64,000 nucleotides of DNA from NCBI GenBank assembly GCA_040954595.2, contig CM082589.2:5267186-5331185 (forward strand). The letters run 5' to 3'. This DNA is from Balanoglossus misakiensis (Eukaryota; Animalia; Hemichordata). Position 1 is the stretch's first letter. Every line of letters begins with the position of its first letter. Shown piece after piece: positions 26,143 to 38,993 of the stretch. Both the position numbers and the translations under genes were made by a program. The notes below the pieces were generated by a model. It was not told the DNA's origin, did no database searches, and saw only the letters and a list, made by a program, of their open reading frames with translations.

Positions 26143-27417
26143 ATGAGAACTGCGAAGCGCTTCTCACTCTTCGCCTGCTGTTGCATGGTGTCGCTAATAA
26201 TAGTTGTAACTAAATATTGGACTGAAAACAGAATGGAGAAGGAGGAACTTCTCAAATATGCCCGCTGCACTTCATCGTCAAATATAGACGCAGTCAACAG
26301 CGACACTGCAACCGTATCTGTGTTATCGACGCCGTGCGGACAAAAAACACCAACGGATCCTTCACATACGACGGTCCAACATGTACCCGCGGCTGTTCAG
26401 TCCTACAATGCCGGTGAGCGCCTTCCGAAACACTCGTGCGGGTATCTCGATAAATACGTCGCGAAGAAGACCAGAAAGTGCACGATTCTCTTCGAGTACG
26501 TGAGACACTGTGTAAACCGCACGGGTATCGGGAGGACACCGTTGCCCAATTTCTTCTCCGAGCGAGAGGGCATGGGCGGCGACATATCCCATGCCGACTA
26601 CAGGCGAGCGAATGTGGCGTTCGTCCACTTGCCCAAAGCCGGGGGAACATCGGTTGAAAGCGTTCTGAGAAATGCCCCTGGTTTTCAACAGGAAAACGGG
26701 GCCAGACAGGTCCCGGTGTCACACTGCAATAATTTCTACCGGGAGGTCGAATATTCCCCGCTTAGCACGAATCAAACCCTGTATTATTCAAAACGGACGT
26801 ACGGCCTCCACGACTTCGCATATTCCGGCCGACCGTTCGCGTACGTCACGTGGTTTCGAGAACCCATCGCCAGGTTGGTGTCTACGTATTATTACGTGAA
26901 AGCAACGGCGTGCGCTTTTATTCACAACATATGCGCCAAATACGTCTTGGAGTCCAAAAACCTGACAGACTATTTGCTCAAGACCCGCGACATACATTAC
27001 CCAGACCTGGACAACTATTACGTGCGGCTTTTGCAGTTTGGAGACTTTCTGGAAATCGACACGACTTTCGAAGACAGTGTGGGCGGGGCAGCTATGAAAG
27101 ACGCAGAAAAGATCCCAGCAATTGAAGAGAAACACTACTCAATCGCCAAAAATAACCTGCTAACCAAAATGGCGTTCATCGGCCTGACAGAAGATTTCAA
27201 GACTTCCCAGGATATGCTGAGTTATATATTTGGAATAGATGATTCTAAGAACGAGACTCATTTCAACGCTAATCCGCACAATGACAACATCACTGACTTT
27301 GAACTCCAAGAACTCACACGGAGAAACAGTTGGGACATAAAATTGTATGAGGAAGCTAAGAAGATTTACTATCATCAAAAGAAGATGTATCTTGACATAC
27401 TAAACATGAAAAATTGA
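26143..27417 (+). CDS. Golgi type II sulfotransferase, HS6ST-like (ST4), 424 aa, intronless CDS
   Basis: MRTAKRFSLFACCCMVSLIIVV anchor; FVHLPKAGGTS, KRTYGLH, WFREPIARLVS. Upstream donor CAG|GTGAG at 25891. Confidence 0.93.
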   Translation: MRTAKRFSLFACCCMVSLIIVVTKYWTENRMEKEELLKYARCTSSSNIDAVNSDTATVSVLSTPCGQKTPTDPSHTTVQHVPAAVQSYNAGERLPKHSCGYLDKYVAKKTRKCTILFEYVRHCVNRTGIGRTPLPNFFSEREGMGGDISHADYRRANVAFVHLPKAGGTSVESVLRNAPGFQQENGARQVPVSHCNNFYREVEYSPLSTNQTLYYSKRTYGLHDFAYSGRPFAYVTWFREPIARLVSTYYYVKATACAFIHNICAKYVLESKNLTDYLLKTRDIHYPDLDNYYVRLLQFGDFLEIDTTFEDSVGGAAMKDAEKIPAIEEKHYSIAKNNLLTKMAFIGLTEDFKTSQDMLSYIFGIDDSKNETHFNANPHNDNITDFELQELTRRNSWDIKLYEEAKKIYYHQKKMYLDILNMKN

Positions 27418-28098
27418 ATACCCCTTTATATAGAGCTTATAGCGTAGTGAATTATTTATAAGATAGAGTCTTCTCTATGCATGTATTATAGTTACCTAAA
27501 CATGGGAGTGTAATATGCGAATTTTCTCAAATGCGCCTTTGTTTTGTGCTTGATTACATATTATTAAATATCGAGAATATTTCGTGCTTTCTTGATTTTC
27601 TGAACATCCGAAAGCGAAAAGGTGACGCTAGACTCAAATATCAAACCCTGGACTATTTCTATGCTTCAGTCATCAGACGTTTCGAATCGGATCAAAGTAG
27701 CGATTACAAAACCCCCAGGCAGTGTTATTACATATGTGGTATTATTAAACGCAGATTATATGCCAGGTTGGGTTTCCATTCAATCACGATTCAATTTGAA
27801 AGCAGGCTATATTTTGTCTACGTGCATGACATTTGCCATTTCTAAGCGAAGTTGGCTTGTTGACTTTAGTTAGTCTCAGATGTGTTTGTGTGTGGGAGTG
27901 AGTATGAGTCAGTCAGTCAGTCAGACAATCAGTCTGCCTGTCTGTCTGTCTGTTATTATCACACAAAAAACAAGTAAAGTTTTTTCCCCAGAAAATGTTC
28001 CCGAAGCGCATACTACCTTAGTAAAGTCACTGACTGCAACACGTGGTGAGGTCTACACGGGACTGAGCATCAATCAGAGAATCTGACCAAACGGTATA

Positions 28099-28176
28099 AT
28101 TTAAGGCAATGGGGTGACTAATACCGTTACTCATTTAAGGCAATGGGGTGACTAATACCGTTACTCATTTAAGGCA
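28099..28176. repeat. 34-bp tandem repeat, 2.3 copies
   Basis: ATTTAAGGCAATGGGGTGACTAATACCGTTACTC at 28099 and 28133, partial copy at 28167. Confidence 0.9.
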
Positions 28177-29081
28177 TATTGTGGTGTGGCATTACAAGTA
28201 TATACGTGTGTTGCCGCTAAAACTGCTCGGTTGAACGAACTAAAGGTCTTACCTTAGTCTGAGTTAGTCGCGGTCCGTGAATACGCATACAAGAAGAGGA
28301 TATCAACAATCCACGCTTTAAAAAATCAGATTCCATATCTCTGTGAAAGGAGTTTTCCCTGCACTTCACCTGTCCACGGTCACTCCACACCGTGACCTAT
28401 CCCTTGCACTGTGGGCGGCCATCTTAGCCTCGTTGTCATTACAGCCTCGTTTTGGGTCTGTGTAACCGAGACCAAGTCTTAGCGGGAATTCAATTAAGCA
28501 ATACAGCTTTCAGTTCACCGGGGAATTCAGAAAATATATCGATGGTTTGAAGCTTTGGCGCCGCTCTTTGCACGATTTATTTTTAACAACAAAAAAGTTA
28601 TAAAACCAATATGTCACTCACATTTCACCTCCTGGTCACAAGGGCTCGTCAATACCTACCATCAAATGTTTGCAAGGGGTATCTTTAGATATACATGTGC
28701 ATCGATACCATGTATGTCAAACGGATTCTTCGTCATGATCACTCTACATTCAACATGAGACAAACAATATATTTGTTGTTTTGTTTTGTTGTTTTTGGGA
28801 GGTAAAATTAAGAGCAGGCGTAATTTAATAAGCGAGTTTCCATATTCCATACTTGAGGGATTGTCGTCTCTTTTATTTCGACGTATATTTGGTTGCTACG
28901 CAAATGAAAGCTTGCTTCGGGTCTGGTTAAAAATGAAACGATACCAGGGAAGGTTTACAATGAACACATGCTCAGGCGCACCATACGGTCAAATGTGTGA
29001 AGTTCTCAATCAAACGCCAGGCGTAAAAGACAGACTCCCCAGAAAAAAAATGTAAACCGACGGGTTTATCGCTTAATGTCT

Positions 29082-30347
29082 CTACCCTTTTATCATGGAT
29101 ACGTCTGTCGCTCTTTTAATCTCGAGATATTTCTCCCTCTGGAGTGTGAAAATCTTCTTAGCATCTTCATAAAGTTTTAAATCCCAAACGTTCCTTCGTT
29201 TTAGCTCGGTAAGTTCGAAGTCAGTCAACGTGTACTCGTGTTGATTGGAATTAACGTGTGTTTCTTTCTCCTCTGTGGGTATGCCAAAAGCGTAACTCAG
29301 CATATCTTGGGAGTTCTTGAACTCTTCTGTCAGGCCGACAAACGCCATTTTGGTTTCTAGGTTGTTTCTCGCCACCAAGTAGTGTTTTTCCTCAATCTTT
29401 GGAATGTGCTTTGCGTCCCTCAGCTGCACGCCCCTGCAGCAGTCCTCAAACGCAGCATCCACGTCCGGGAAATCGCCGAACTGCAGGAGCCTGACGTAGA
29501 AGTTGTCCATGTCTTGAAAGTGGACGTCGCGCGACCTCTGCAAGTAGTCCGTCATGTTTTTGGATCTGGCCAGGTAGTGAACGCACACCTCGTGCACCAC
29601 GAAGCAACCCTTCCGCTTGGCGTAGTGGTACATCGATACCAACCTGTCCATCGGCTCTCGGAGCCACGTCACGTAGGCGAAGGGGCGCCCCTGGTGCGCG
29701 TACTCGTGTAGACCAAAAGTACGCTTCGAGTAAAAAAGCGTCTGTTTCTTGTTTTGTCTGAAGCGTATACTATGTGCCAGCAGGTCTGCGCAGTGAGCAA
29801 CACGCTTTTTATTCACAACCCCGCTTTCGTTTAGCCCCGGTATCTTCATCAGAACCTCTTCAACCGATGTACCGCCCGCTTTCGGCATGTGAACGAAAGC
29901 CACGTTCGCCTGTCTGTAGTTGTCGACGGCTGTATCGCCGCGGTTTTCTCGGCCCAAGAAGAAGTTTGGCAGCGGTTTCCTGCCGACACCGGTCTTGTTC
30001 ACGCAGTGACTCAAATATTCGAAGACATAGGTGCAGTTTGCCGACGTGTCCTTAAAGACGTAGTCTTCTAGGTAGCTACAAGACTTGCGTCCGTCTGCCA
30101 GGCTGCTCTCAGAAGTCAGGTAAGGTGATACCGTAGAAAATCTCTCCCATTCTTCCGTCGACGGGACAGGCAAGGTTTGAGAGTGTACTCCGCCCACATA
30201 AAACTCCGTTGGGTCGACATTTGTACCAACTTCGCTGGCCCTTCCTCCTGTCTTCCAACCCCTCGAGTGATAGTATTTGATTATACCAACTGTGGTCCCC
30301 AAGGAGAAGAGGATGACGAAACACAGCCGTCGCATGTGTGACGTCAT
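29082..30347 (-). CDS. Golgi type II sulfotransferase, HS6ST-like (ST5), 421 aa, intronless CDS
   Basis: First ATG 30347 (MTSHMRRLCFVILFSLGTTVGII). FVHMPKAGGTS, KRTFGLH, WLREPMDRLVS. 5'-UTR acceptor ~30493, candidate donor ~31189. Confidence 0.92.
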   Translation of the reverse strand: MTSHMRRLCFVILFSLGTTVGIIKYYHSRGWKTGGRASEVGTNVDPTEFYVGGVHSQTLPVPSTEEWERFSTVSPYLTSESSLADGRKSCSYLEDYVFKDTSANCTYVFEYLSHCVNKTGVGRKPLPNFFLGRENRGDTAVDNYRQANVAFVHMPKAGGTSVEEVLMKIPGLNESGVVNKKRVAHCADLLAHSIRFRQNKKQTLFYSKRTFGLHEYAHQGRPFAYVTWLREPMDRLVSMYHYAKRKGCFVVHEVCVHYLARSKNMTDYLQRSRDVHFQDMDNFYVRLLQFGDFPDVDAAFEDCCRGVQLRDAKHIPKIEEKHYLVARNNLETKMAFVGLTEEFKNSQDMLSYAFGIPTEEKETHVNSNQHEYTLTDFELTELKRRNVWDLKLYEDAKKIFTLQREKYLEIKRATDVSMIKG

Positions 30348-32098
30348 CGTTGACTGCAGCGCCCTCAACGTGCCTTGAGCTTGGTTATGAGTACTTTCCT
30401 TTTTTTCTGTTACTCCAATGGATGACAAGGAAACAGCGAGACTTACTCCAACATCACACTTGCCAACATAACTGTGGGTTACAGCAGCCTATCTGAAGAA
30501 CAAAATTGTCGTTCGATACGACATTTTTAGAAAGTGATCACATTTGCCCTACATGGCTCAGAATGAGGTATCTGAATGGAGTTATAAAACTATTGTCGCG
30601 AAAGACCAGACTGGATATTGTCACCGGAAACGTCATTACGTCACAACACACTGCGGTAACCTTACAGCGATGACTTCTAAGAATTGTGGGAAGGGGGTAA
30701 GTTGGACCATGGTTGGTTAGAAAGAGATGACGTATGGCATTTCTAGTACCATAAGGCAATGGAGAATATTTTTTTATCTCGAAAATATCTTTCAGGTTTC
30801 TACTGTATGAATATGAACGGAAAGAATATGAGCACGTATATACAATTCAAATAAAATAAAAGGCAGCTGATTTAAACAGGACCTGAAACTGAAAAAAACT
30901 GTTTATTTCGGTTTGAATTATAGTCCGACATCTAAAAATAGGTACAGTGGTGAATATTTTTTGGATTATAAAAAGACGTGTTTGTCAAAAAAAGTATTCA
31001 TTCGACGTGTTTGGTCTTTTGCATGATTGTTTTCATCTGTACGATTATTTGTTCATAGAAAATAATGTGGGAGTACAAATGAACTATCCAAATGAAAAAA
31101 CAACATTTTTTTCTCTATTCTCAGTTTACATATGTTGTGTGAATACCAAACCGATTTGCCACTAGCGGCACAAAGCGACGGACACTCACCTCAGCCGTGA
31201 CTTTTGCTGTTGGAGATATTATGAAGGCAAAGCGCTGTAGTTTTCGGGAAGAAACCATGCGAGCACTGTTTGATGTGAACTCAAACCCTGAACCGTATTT
31301 GTACCTTTGGGACGCGAAACACGGAGCCTGTATCGACGGTCACTTGACTGTGCGCCAAAACATGCGCGGAACCAAAAAGCTGCATATGCCAACAAGTCAG
31401 TCTAGAACAAGCAACCGGTAACAATTTCAGTACGAAAATAGCCCGCACAGAAGCTATTAGCCATCTGAATATTGCGAGTTTATTTTTGGAAAGTTCTGCA
31501 CTGCTGGTTGAGAAATATGTTATTTTATTGAGTGAGATCGACGAGCAGGTTTTAACTCGTCCACCCCCGTTTCATTGTGTAAAGGTCTGGTACTGCTATT
31601 GAGAACAGTAGAGTTGGACCATACCATGCATGTTGTTTGCAAATATACAAAGTGGACTCAATGCGGGAATCGTAAAATGGAATATCCTTTATACGACAGT
31701 TAACACTTTCAAAAATACTATATTTCTTTTTTAAAATATCGCATCAAATACCTTTTTATGGAATGAAAAAAATACGATACATTCAAGGATTGATATGTTT
31801 GAACTCGCCTCGCACTAATCGATTTCTAATACAAGCTTACACTACTACGGATATGATCTGATGGAAAACTCTCCTTTGACCCGAGTCTGCGAACCAGTGT
31901 CCAACCAAGTATATAAGCCACTTCTAATAAAACGTCTTGTTGAAAAAAAAATTGAGAAACATAGACACAAAATACAATGTTTGCATTTTCAACATAACGT
32001 TCGATTCGCTCATCATTATAAGGACTCCGTCATTGCAAACCAGTCGGACAAAGGTTTCCTAAAATGGCGGTTTTGACAAAAAAGAAATAGACTTAAAA

Positions 32099-33334
32099 TC
32101 ACGATTTCTTCATCATTTCAAGATACTCTTTCTTTTGTCGTTCGTAAATCTTCTTCGCTTCGTCGTATAATTTCAAGTCCCACTCATTGCGCCGCCGGAG
32201 TTCAGCAAGTTCGAAGTCGGTCACCTCGTATTTATCATGCGGATTAGCGTTGATATGAGTCTCCTCCTTTTGCAAAGGTATTCCAAATACATGACTGAGG
32301 ATATCTTGAGAAGTTTTAAAGTCCTCAGTAAGGCCCACAAATGCTACTTTGGTCAGTAAATTGTTCCTTGCAACCAAATAATGCTTTTCCTCTATCTTGG
32401 GAATGGTTTTCACGTCTTCAAGTTTAACGCCTCCACAACAGTCTTCAAAAGTCGCGTCCACTTCGGGGAAATCGCCAAATTGTAACAATCTGACGTAGAA
32501 ATTATCCATGTCTTGGAAGTGGATGTCTTGGGTGTTCAGCAAATAGTCTGTCAGATTTTTCGACCTCGCCAAATAGTGAATGCATATCTTGTGAACGCCA
32601 AAGCAATGCTTTCGTTTTGTGTAGAAGTACGTCGATATTAATCGGTCAATCGGTTCGCGGAACCACGTTGTATAGGCGAAAGGTCTCTTCGGATACGCGT
32701 ATGCATGGAGACCAAACGTCCTTTTTGAGTAAAAGAAAGTCTGGTCCCTGAAATTTCGAAAATGGAGGGAATGCCGGTACAAGTCGCGACAATGTGCCAC
32801 GCGCATTCTGCGGAGCATTCCAGTCTTGTTCAGTCCCGGCATCCGGAGCAGAACATTTTCGACGGACGTTCCGCCGGCTTTGGGCATGTGAACAAAGGCC
32901 ACGTTCGCCTGTCTGTAAGCATCATTGGTCGTTTCCTCTTCGTCGCCATTGTTGTTGTTGTTGTTGTTGTTACGGCCAGTGAAGAAATTTGGCAGCGGCG
33001 TTCGTCCAAAATTCGTCCGGTCTATACAGTCCCTCGTGTACTCGAATACCGTGGAACAGTCGCCAGTTTTCGTCCGTGATATTAATTGTTCTAGGGCATT
33101 GCACGCCTGAACAAGACGCGAATTGTCGACTGTTTGATTTTGGGCGGGCGTTGACTTCGTAATCGTCGCTCGGTCTAGAGAGCCAGAAACTCCACTTGAT
33201 CTGACTTCGTTTACAACTCTCGTATGTGTCTCTACCTCCTTGTGATTCCCACCACTAAAATGCCTGTAGGCAAAGTTCACGAACACCAGGAAACAGGCGA
33301 TGAAAGCATACAGCAAACGTTTTTTCAAGTTCAT
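32099..33334 (-). CDS. Golgi type II sulfotransferase, HS6ST-like (ST6), 411 aa, intronless CDS, with poly-Asn insert
   Basis: MNLKKRLLYAFIACFLVFVNFAY anchor; FVHMPKAGGTS, WFREPIDRLIS. 5'-UTR acceptor ~33433, candidate donor ~34310. Confidence 0.93.
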   Translation of the reverse strand: MNLKKRLLYAFIACFLVFVNFAYRHFSGGNHKEVETHTRVVNEVRSSGVSGSLDRATITKSTPAQNQTVDNSRLVQACNALEQLISRTKTGDCSTVFEYTRDCIDRTNFGRTPLPNFFTGRNNNNNNNNGDEEETTNDAYRQANVAFVHMPKAGGTSVENVLLRMPGLNKTGMLRRMRVAHCRDLYRHSLHFRNFRDQTFFYSKRTFGLHAYAYPKRPFAYTTWFREPIDRLISTYFYTKRKHCFGVHKICIHYLARSKNLTDYLLNTQDIHFQDMDNFYVRLLQFGDFPEVDATFEDCCGGVKLEDVKTIPKIEEKHYLVARNNLLTKVAFVGLTEDFKTSQDILSHVFGIPLQKEETHINANPHDKYEVTDFELAELRRRNEWDLKLYDEAKKIYERQKKEYLEMMKKS

Positions 33335-35169
33335 GGCGAATCACTTTCCCCAATAACGTCAACAGAAAATAACGCGTTTTCTTCTTTTTCCTTTACACAA
33401 GTTTAGCAGATGGGCATCCTGTACTTCATAATCTGCGAAAAAGGGTAAAATGGGACAAGCTGTTAGTCGGACTGATATGCTGCAATAGTTGTGAATGGTT
33501 TTTGTTCGCTTATATTACAATAGTTCCAAAAATAACATTATAGATATGTAATATAATTAAGCAATAGCCCCGGGATATATCGAAACACAATCCCTGATAT
33601 CTAAACACTGCCCTCCCATTTGTTTGACGGTTTATAGATTGTATATGCATATTCTGGAGCCAATACTAGTACATGTATAACAGTACTCCATACTCTATTT
33701 AATCATTGCCTGTATAAATTAAAACAGACGGCACGGTTGCACTGATGTATAACGCATGTAATGTAATATAATACAATATGCCTGCAGTCAGCCAATGCAA
33801 TGCAGTCTACCCCTGAACCCACTTGTCTCCATGGTTACAGCCAGCAAGGACAACATGTTTGAATCGTCGTCTCCATTCATTTCGAATTAACCGGAACTTT
33901 GTCCCTGCCACGAATAAAATATGTTCTCATATAACCTTCGCGATGTCCTTTGGAGGGTTTTCGCGTTTTGTGTCCTTGTTATAATCATTGGCAATTCCTG
34001 CGTGTGTTTTTTTCGATCGGCATCTCCTTGGCAACACTGTACCGTCGTCGAACGCTTTGCACGTTGCGAAGCGTGGTCTGTTCTTACAGCCCGGCATTAT
34101 GCATTTCCGGGCTAGTATAAAAAAAACACCGATATTCTACGAACGTCGACTGACAAACTGACCTTCTAGATCACCTTCAACTATAATCAAATCAATTGAT
34201 TCGATGTATATTTCAATGGGAAAACAAAGGCTTTCAATCGCATAATCATCCGACGTTATGCGAAGACCGGGGATAATTCAAGATTGCCCGTTTATAAAAT
34301 TAAAACTTACCACATCATCACATGGACAATGGAGGCACAAAATAGCTCAATTTCATTCAAGTTAGGCTTCCCAATGCTGCTGCTTTGACAACGTCTGCGT
34401 TGATTGATATGCTAATTACAATACCGAGGTCAGACCACCGGGTGAAGTAGGCAGTTTACTTGCAGATGAGAATAGATGTTTTGAATATGCAAATAACTAG
34501 TGTTCCCTAACTCGTTAGTTTTTCAGTACAATGTACATGTGAGCCGAAACAGCGCAAATCGTCCAAAGTGCGCTTGTTTTAGTACATTTATACCGAGAAA
34601 TTTCACAGTGTTACTGCAAAAATAAAATATATCCGCGGGGAAGTTCTACTGACTTGAGCCACGGACGAACCACAGCTTGAGCATAGACATACTAGTCCTT
34701 TCTCTTTTGTGTTCGCTCACTTGGTTATCAATGGATTGGTCTCACATCATTGTTTACATGTTATCATGTGTGTACATAACTACTCGTTCGGGTTAGTCAT
34801 TTCTCCGTAAAATCACGAGTGACCCGGATATACGACGGGGGTAGGGCTGGTGGACGTGGGTCCGTTTCCCCTTTACTTTCTCCTATATGTGAAGCTCAAA
34901 GAAAAACTGTCATCTGTCTCATGTTCTACAATAACACTCGCGCTTTTATCGCTAGGTGGGGTCGGGGCGGGGCTGAAGGTGGGCCCTGTGTTTACTTTCC
35001 TTGGGAGGCTCTAAATAAAATTGGCTATACACCACCTGGCCGGCCCAGGCTTATTCCCGTTCCGTTTATCATTGATATAACAATGTTGTAATCTACCATC
35101 GGTTGGAATCACGTGCGCTAAATACTAGTATAATATAAATATATTAAATTACGTTGTTTTTTGACAAGT

Positions 35170-35790
35170 GTGTGGCGTTCACAACCACTGGCATAACGGG
35201 TTATAACGCGAAGCCACTGTGAAGAATAACAGTTGGAATTGGCCAAACCATGGAGGTACCACCATAGCCACACTAGGCAAAATAGCATATATTACATAAG
35301 AGAGAACAATATTCGGGGATTATTACGTAAAGCCACGGAAGTAAAGTACGAGACGGCCTTGGTGAAGCTAAAGGTAACCTTTGCTTCGTAGTAGAGGACC
35401 GGCGTTTTGTGATACAATGGCGAGAGGTGGGAATTTTCTACCTCCATGGTGAAACTTGTCAATACCAAAGGATTAATACTCACAGTGTCAGGACCGACCT
35501 TGCCTCGATTCTCACAATTTCGTGCCCCCTGGAACCCGAACGTGATAAAACTTGCCAGTTGTCAGCGGTCTATACTCACTATGTCGGCGTTCAAAGAGTC
35601 ACGTGTGCGAAAATTGCTTGTAGGTGTGGTGCAGAATGGGACCGTGTCAATTGTGCTACCACTTGTCATCAACTTAGACTGTACCATTAGCCGGTTGGGT
35701 GGGCCGTGGTATGTGAGGGTGGTGAAACTGGTAGCTCTCATCAGAGATTCCAACAGTCCCGATTAAGAAAACCTCTAATTTTGAGCTTAT
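35170..35790 (-). pseudogene. Possible second decayed SLC16/MCT-like fragment (end of TM6, loop, TM7)
   Basis: One minus-strand frame reads ..ESLMRAT..(~130-aa loop with one stop)..SYFTSVALRNNPRILFSLM; a shifted frame then reads CYFA*CGYGG. Resembles GALMRP...FxLFKNPRF...GY of MCTs. Confidence 0.33.
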
Positions 35791-36320
35791 TGCGTGAATA
35801 GCCAAGGACAGCTGTTAATACAGACGGGACCCAGTTCCCCCTTAAAAAACACCCCCAAAACTGTATAATCTCTCTTCAAGCCCCCAAAACAAACTGATAT
35901 TCTGATAACTGATAATACTACGATTGCGTTCGTAGTTTGACCTAAATTACACAAATTGCTTCGCGCAGACCACTTCAGTTTGACTTGAATCTCAGTACTC
36001 AGCTCGTCTTTGACTTGTTGATATCCTGTGTACTGATCTATGTCAGCTGCGCACTAAACATTGCGTCTGCTTACAAGCAGTGTCCATGTGAACTTGAATT
36101 AAAGTCAAATTGCCCCATATATGCCTCAAACCCTTGGTGTGACCTCGTATGTAGTAATGGCGATCGATCTACTGTAATGACTCACCTGAATGGGTGTGTT
36201 TACGATTTCCATTGCGCACAAAGAATACCGCCCTGTTGAATCCACCCGCCTTGACATACACTCACTCAGTCGACATACGAGAAGAGCCTTGTGAATTGAA
36301 GAATGCTGCGTTTGAATCAA

Positions 36321-38145
36321 ACAGTCAGATCGCACGGCATTCATTAACATATGCAAATGAAGAAAGTACTTCAAACCATGTAGCCGTTAGAGTGGGCCCC
36401 GCAGAAGGGTCGCGAAATAGGCCATTTTTTTACTCGATATTATAGAGCTGTTTTCAGGCGATGTGGATTATTTTAAGACAAAACCGTGGATTCACTTGAA
36501 GGTAGGTATACTGGATTGTTACTGAATGATTTTTTGGCAACTTCTGTCGAGTAGTTTCTTTGTAATCACGAAATTTCTGACGACTGTGAAAAAACACATA
36601 GCGTTGACATCCTCTCGATTATTTTTAAGCTGACCGTTACACATGGATTTTACCACGAAATTTCAAACTTTTATCAAAATATAGACATCAAACTCCCTCT
36701 CTTTGAGTTTTCATTCACTTCCAAGCTTTGATAGTGACGATATGACCAGTTCAATTTTGTTTACCTTTCAACCTGTGAGCGCCATTTTGTTTACTTTTCA
36801 ACCCGTGAGCGCCACTTCTTCTGCAAAATGGCGGGAGAAGACAGCATGCATGTGTACGTATATACGCTGGCGCAGGCTTGATCCTGGGTTGTACCAGCTG
36901 CGTAGTTTTCCCTCCTCTCTCGTGCGAAGAAATTTTGATTGCTGATATGTAATCCCGAGTTTTACTAAACCCTAACAATTATTTTATGAAGGTTTGCCCG
37001 TCAAGGAAACTCACTTTTTTTAATTTTATTGTTCTTTCAGATTGATGAAGACTGATTTTTGTGGTGGTGGTGTTGCAGTTGACTGTTTTATTTTAGCTGT
37101 CTGAGTTGACAATTTATTCTGTATTTTGTTGTATTTTTAACTCTTTATCCTGTATTTTGTAGTAGTATTTTGAACACTGTTTAATAAATAAATTACTATT
37201 ATTATTATTTATCGACCCAATGCAATGATGACAAATCGCTCGCCTTCAGACACAAATGTTGTATTTATTGCATATATCATCGGCGAATAAAGGGAAGTGG
37301 TTTCGAAGTTACACTTGGCATTTTCGAAAAGTCTACTTATATCCCACGATGCGGAGAAAAAAATATATACAAAATACGTCAGCTGAGCTCCTCACGAACG
37401 GTAAACCTGGCATTCTGTGCATGGGTAATCAAATATTTGTTTGTAGCCCAATGTAGGCGAACGGTGTGGAGCACCCGGGCGCGGCACTCGTGCGATTGAT
37501 CGATGTTGTGTCGAAATCAGGCCAGTAATTAAGTTAAAACTTGGCTGATATGTTACCTTAGAGTGTTATACACTATCCAGTAACTTTTACTTGACAAGTG
37601 TCTTTTAGAAACTGTTTTCCCCACGATAAACGTGTCGTTTCACGAGCAACGCAACACTTCCGTATTTACAAGCCTAACATGGAGAGGTCAACGTAGGGCC
37701 TATACTTCCGGGTCATATCGTCGAACTACATCGATTATTTTTAAGCTGACCGTTACACAAGCATTTCGAGTTAATTTCTTTTCACGGATGTTGGGACCGA
37801 TATTAGACCTATCTGTCACGAAAACTTGGTTAACTTCCGAGGTCGTCTTCAAATGATTTTTGGCACGTTTGTGGACGTCTCTTCCGAGGTCACCAACATA
37901 CCACCGAAAACACGCTAAAAACTACTACTATTACCGACAGATTCTCATAAAATTTACGTCTGCAGTGCAAAATAGGAATCACTTTCTAAATTTATCGAGC
38001 TAGCATGGTATTTTATTGTACCACGGAGTGTAAAAATCAAGTTGAAAATCACCTTGAAAACTGGCCTATTGCCGTCTGTTTGAAAATTAACGGTCGCTGG
38101 CTTGACGAACTTTCATATGCAAATGAGCACCGTGCGATCTGACTG
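36321..38145. mobile_element. Degenerate inverted-repeat-bounded element (~1.8 kb), probable non-autonomous DNA transposon remnant(s)
   Basis: CAGTCAGATCGCACGG...CATATG...AATAGGCCA at 36322-36425 recurs inverted at ~38060-38145. Internal direct repeat TCGATTATTTTTAAGCTGACCGTTACACA at ~36615 and ~37731; 30-bp tandem at 36751-36813. Confidence 0.5.
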
Positions 38146-38993
38146 CAAAGGAGTTCAGTAGGTGAAGCTGCCGAAAAATCATACCAGTCAACCGACCTAG
38201 GCGAAACCATCTCTAAATTGCTGAAAATCTGTGATAAGGTTTTGCGGTGGTACATATGTCTCTACACGCAGGGCGACCAGATCACCGACAGTTGTGGAGG
38301 TTAATATCTTGACCCGATTTCTCAAGACGACGAACAATGAGAATGTTTCTCTTTGTCTGCGTCACAGCATTAAACGATAGGTTGGTTTCTTCGACCGGGG
38401 GCGTCGTTCGAAAACGGATCCGTTAGGGGGTCGTGTCATTCTGATTCGGTCAAGCTCAACAGCGACAGTTAATTATCTTTTAATAATTCAGATGGTTTTC
38501 CGCTCATAGCGAGAAATGTCAATCCACATGATTCAGTCGAGTAACAAAACATATTTAGGACGATCGGTACAAGTGAAAATATCGCCATTTATTTCATTTC
38601 CTACTTTTACAAATCTCCTCTGCAAGTCATATCAAAATCTCTAATAAAATTTGTGGTCAACCGTGCTAGTAAGGCAGTGGTTTAGCCAAAAACGGAGACA
38701 ACTGAAGATGATCAGCATTTTCCCACCATTTTTTATATGGACAAAAAATATTCCACGAAGTTTATCTTAAAATAAAGCACGGTGAAGATCCGACTTTATT
38801 TGAGCACCGATTATCTTTTGATTTAGTTATGTGTAAAATTTCATGAAAATGACAATAGTAGAAATTGATTTTCTAGCAATTCCCCGTGTAATTCTATGTG
38901 ACGAGAAAATCCCACGTGCTCGTTGAGGGCGTACATCCCTTAGTTAGTTAACTAACTGGCACATAATACACACTATTGATGCTAAAGACTGCT

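Noticed and set aside
14684-30428. N-terminal extensions of ST1, ST2 and ST5 in the ORF track (GTG/TTG starts at 14767, 17958, 30428)
   Set aside because: Non-ATG starts in a eukaryote; the first in-frame ATG directly precedes the signal anchor, as in the paralogs.
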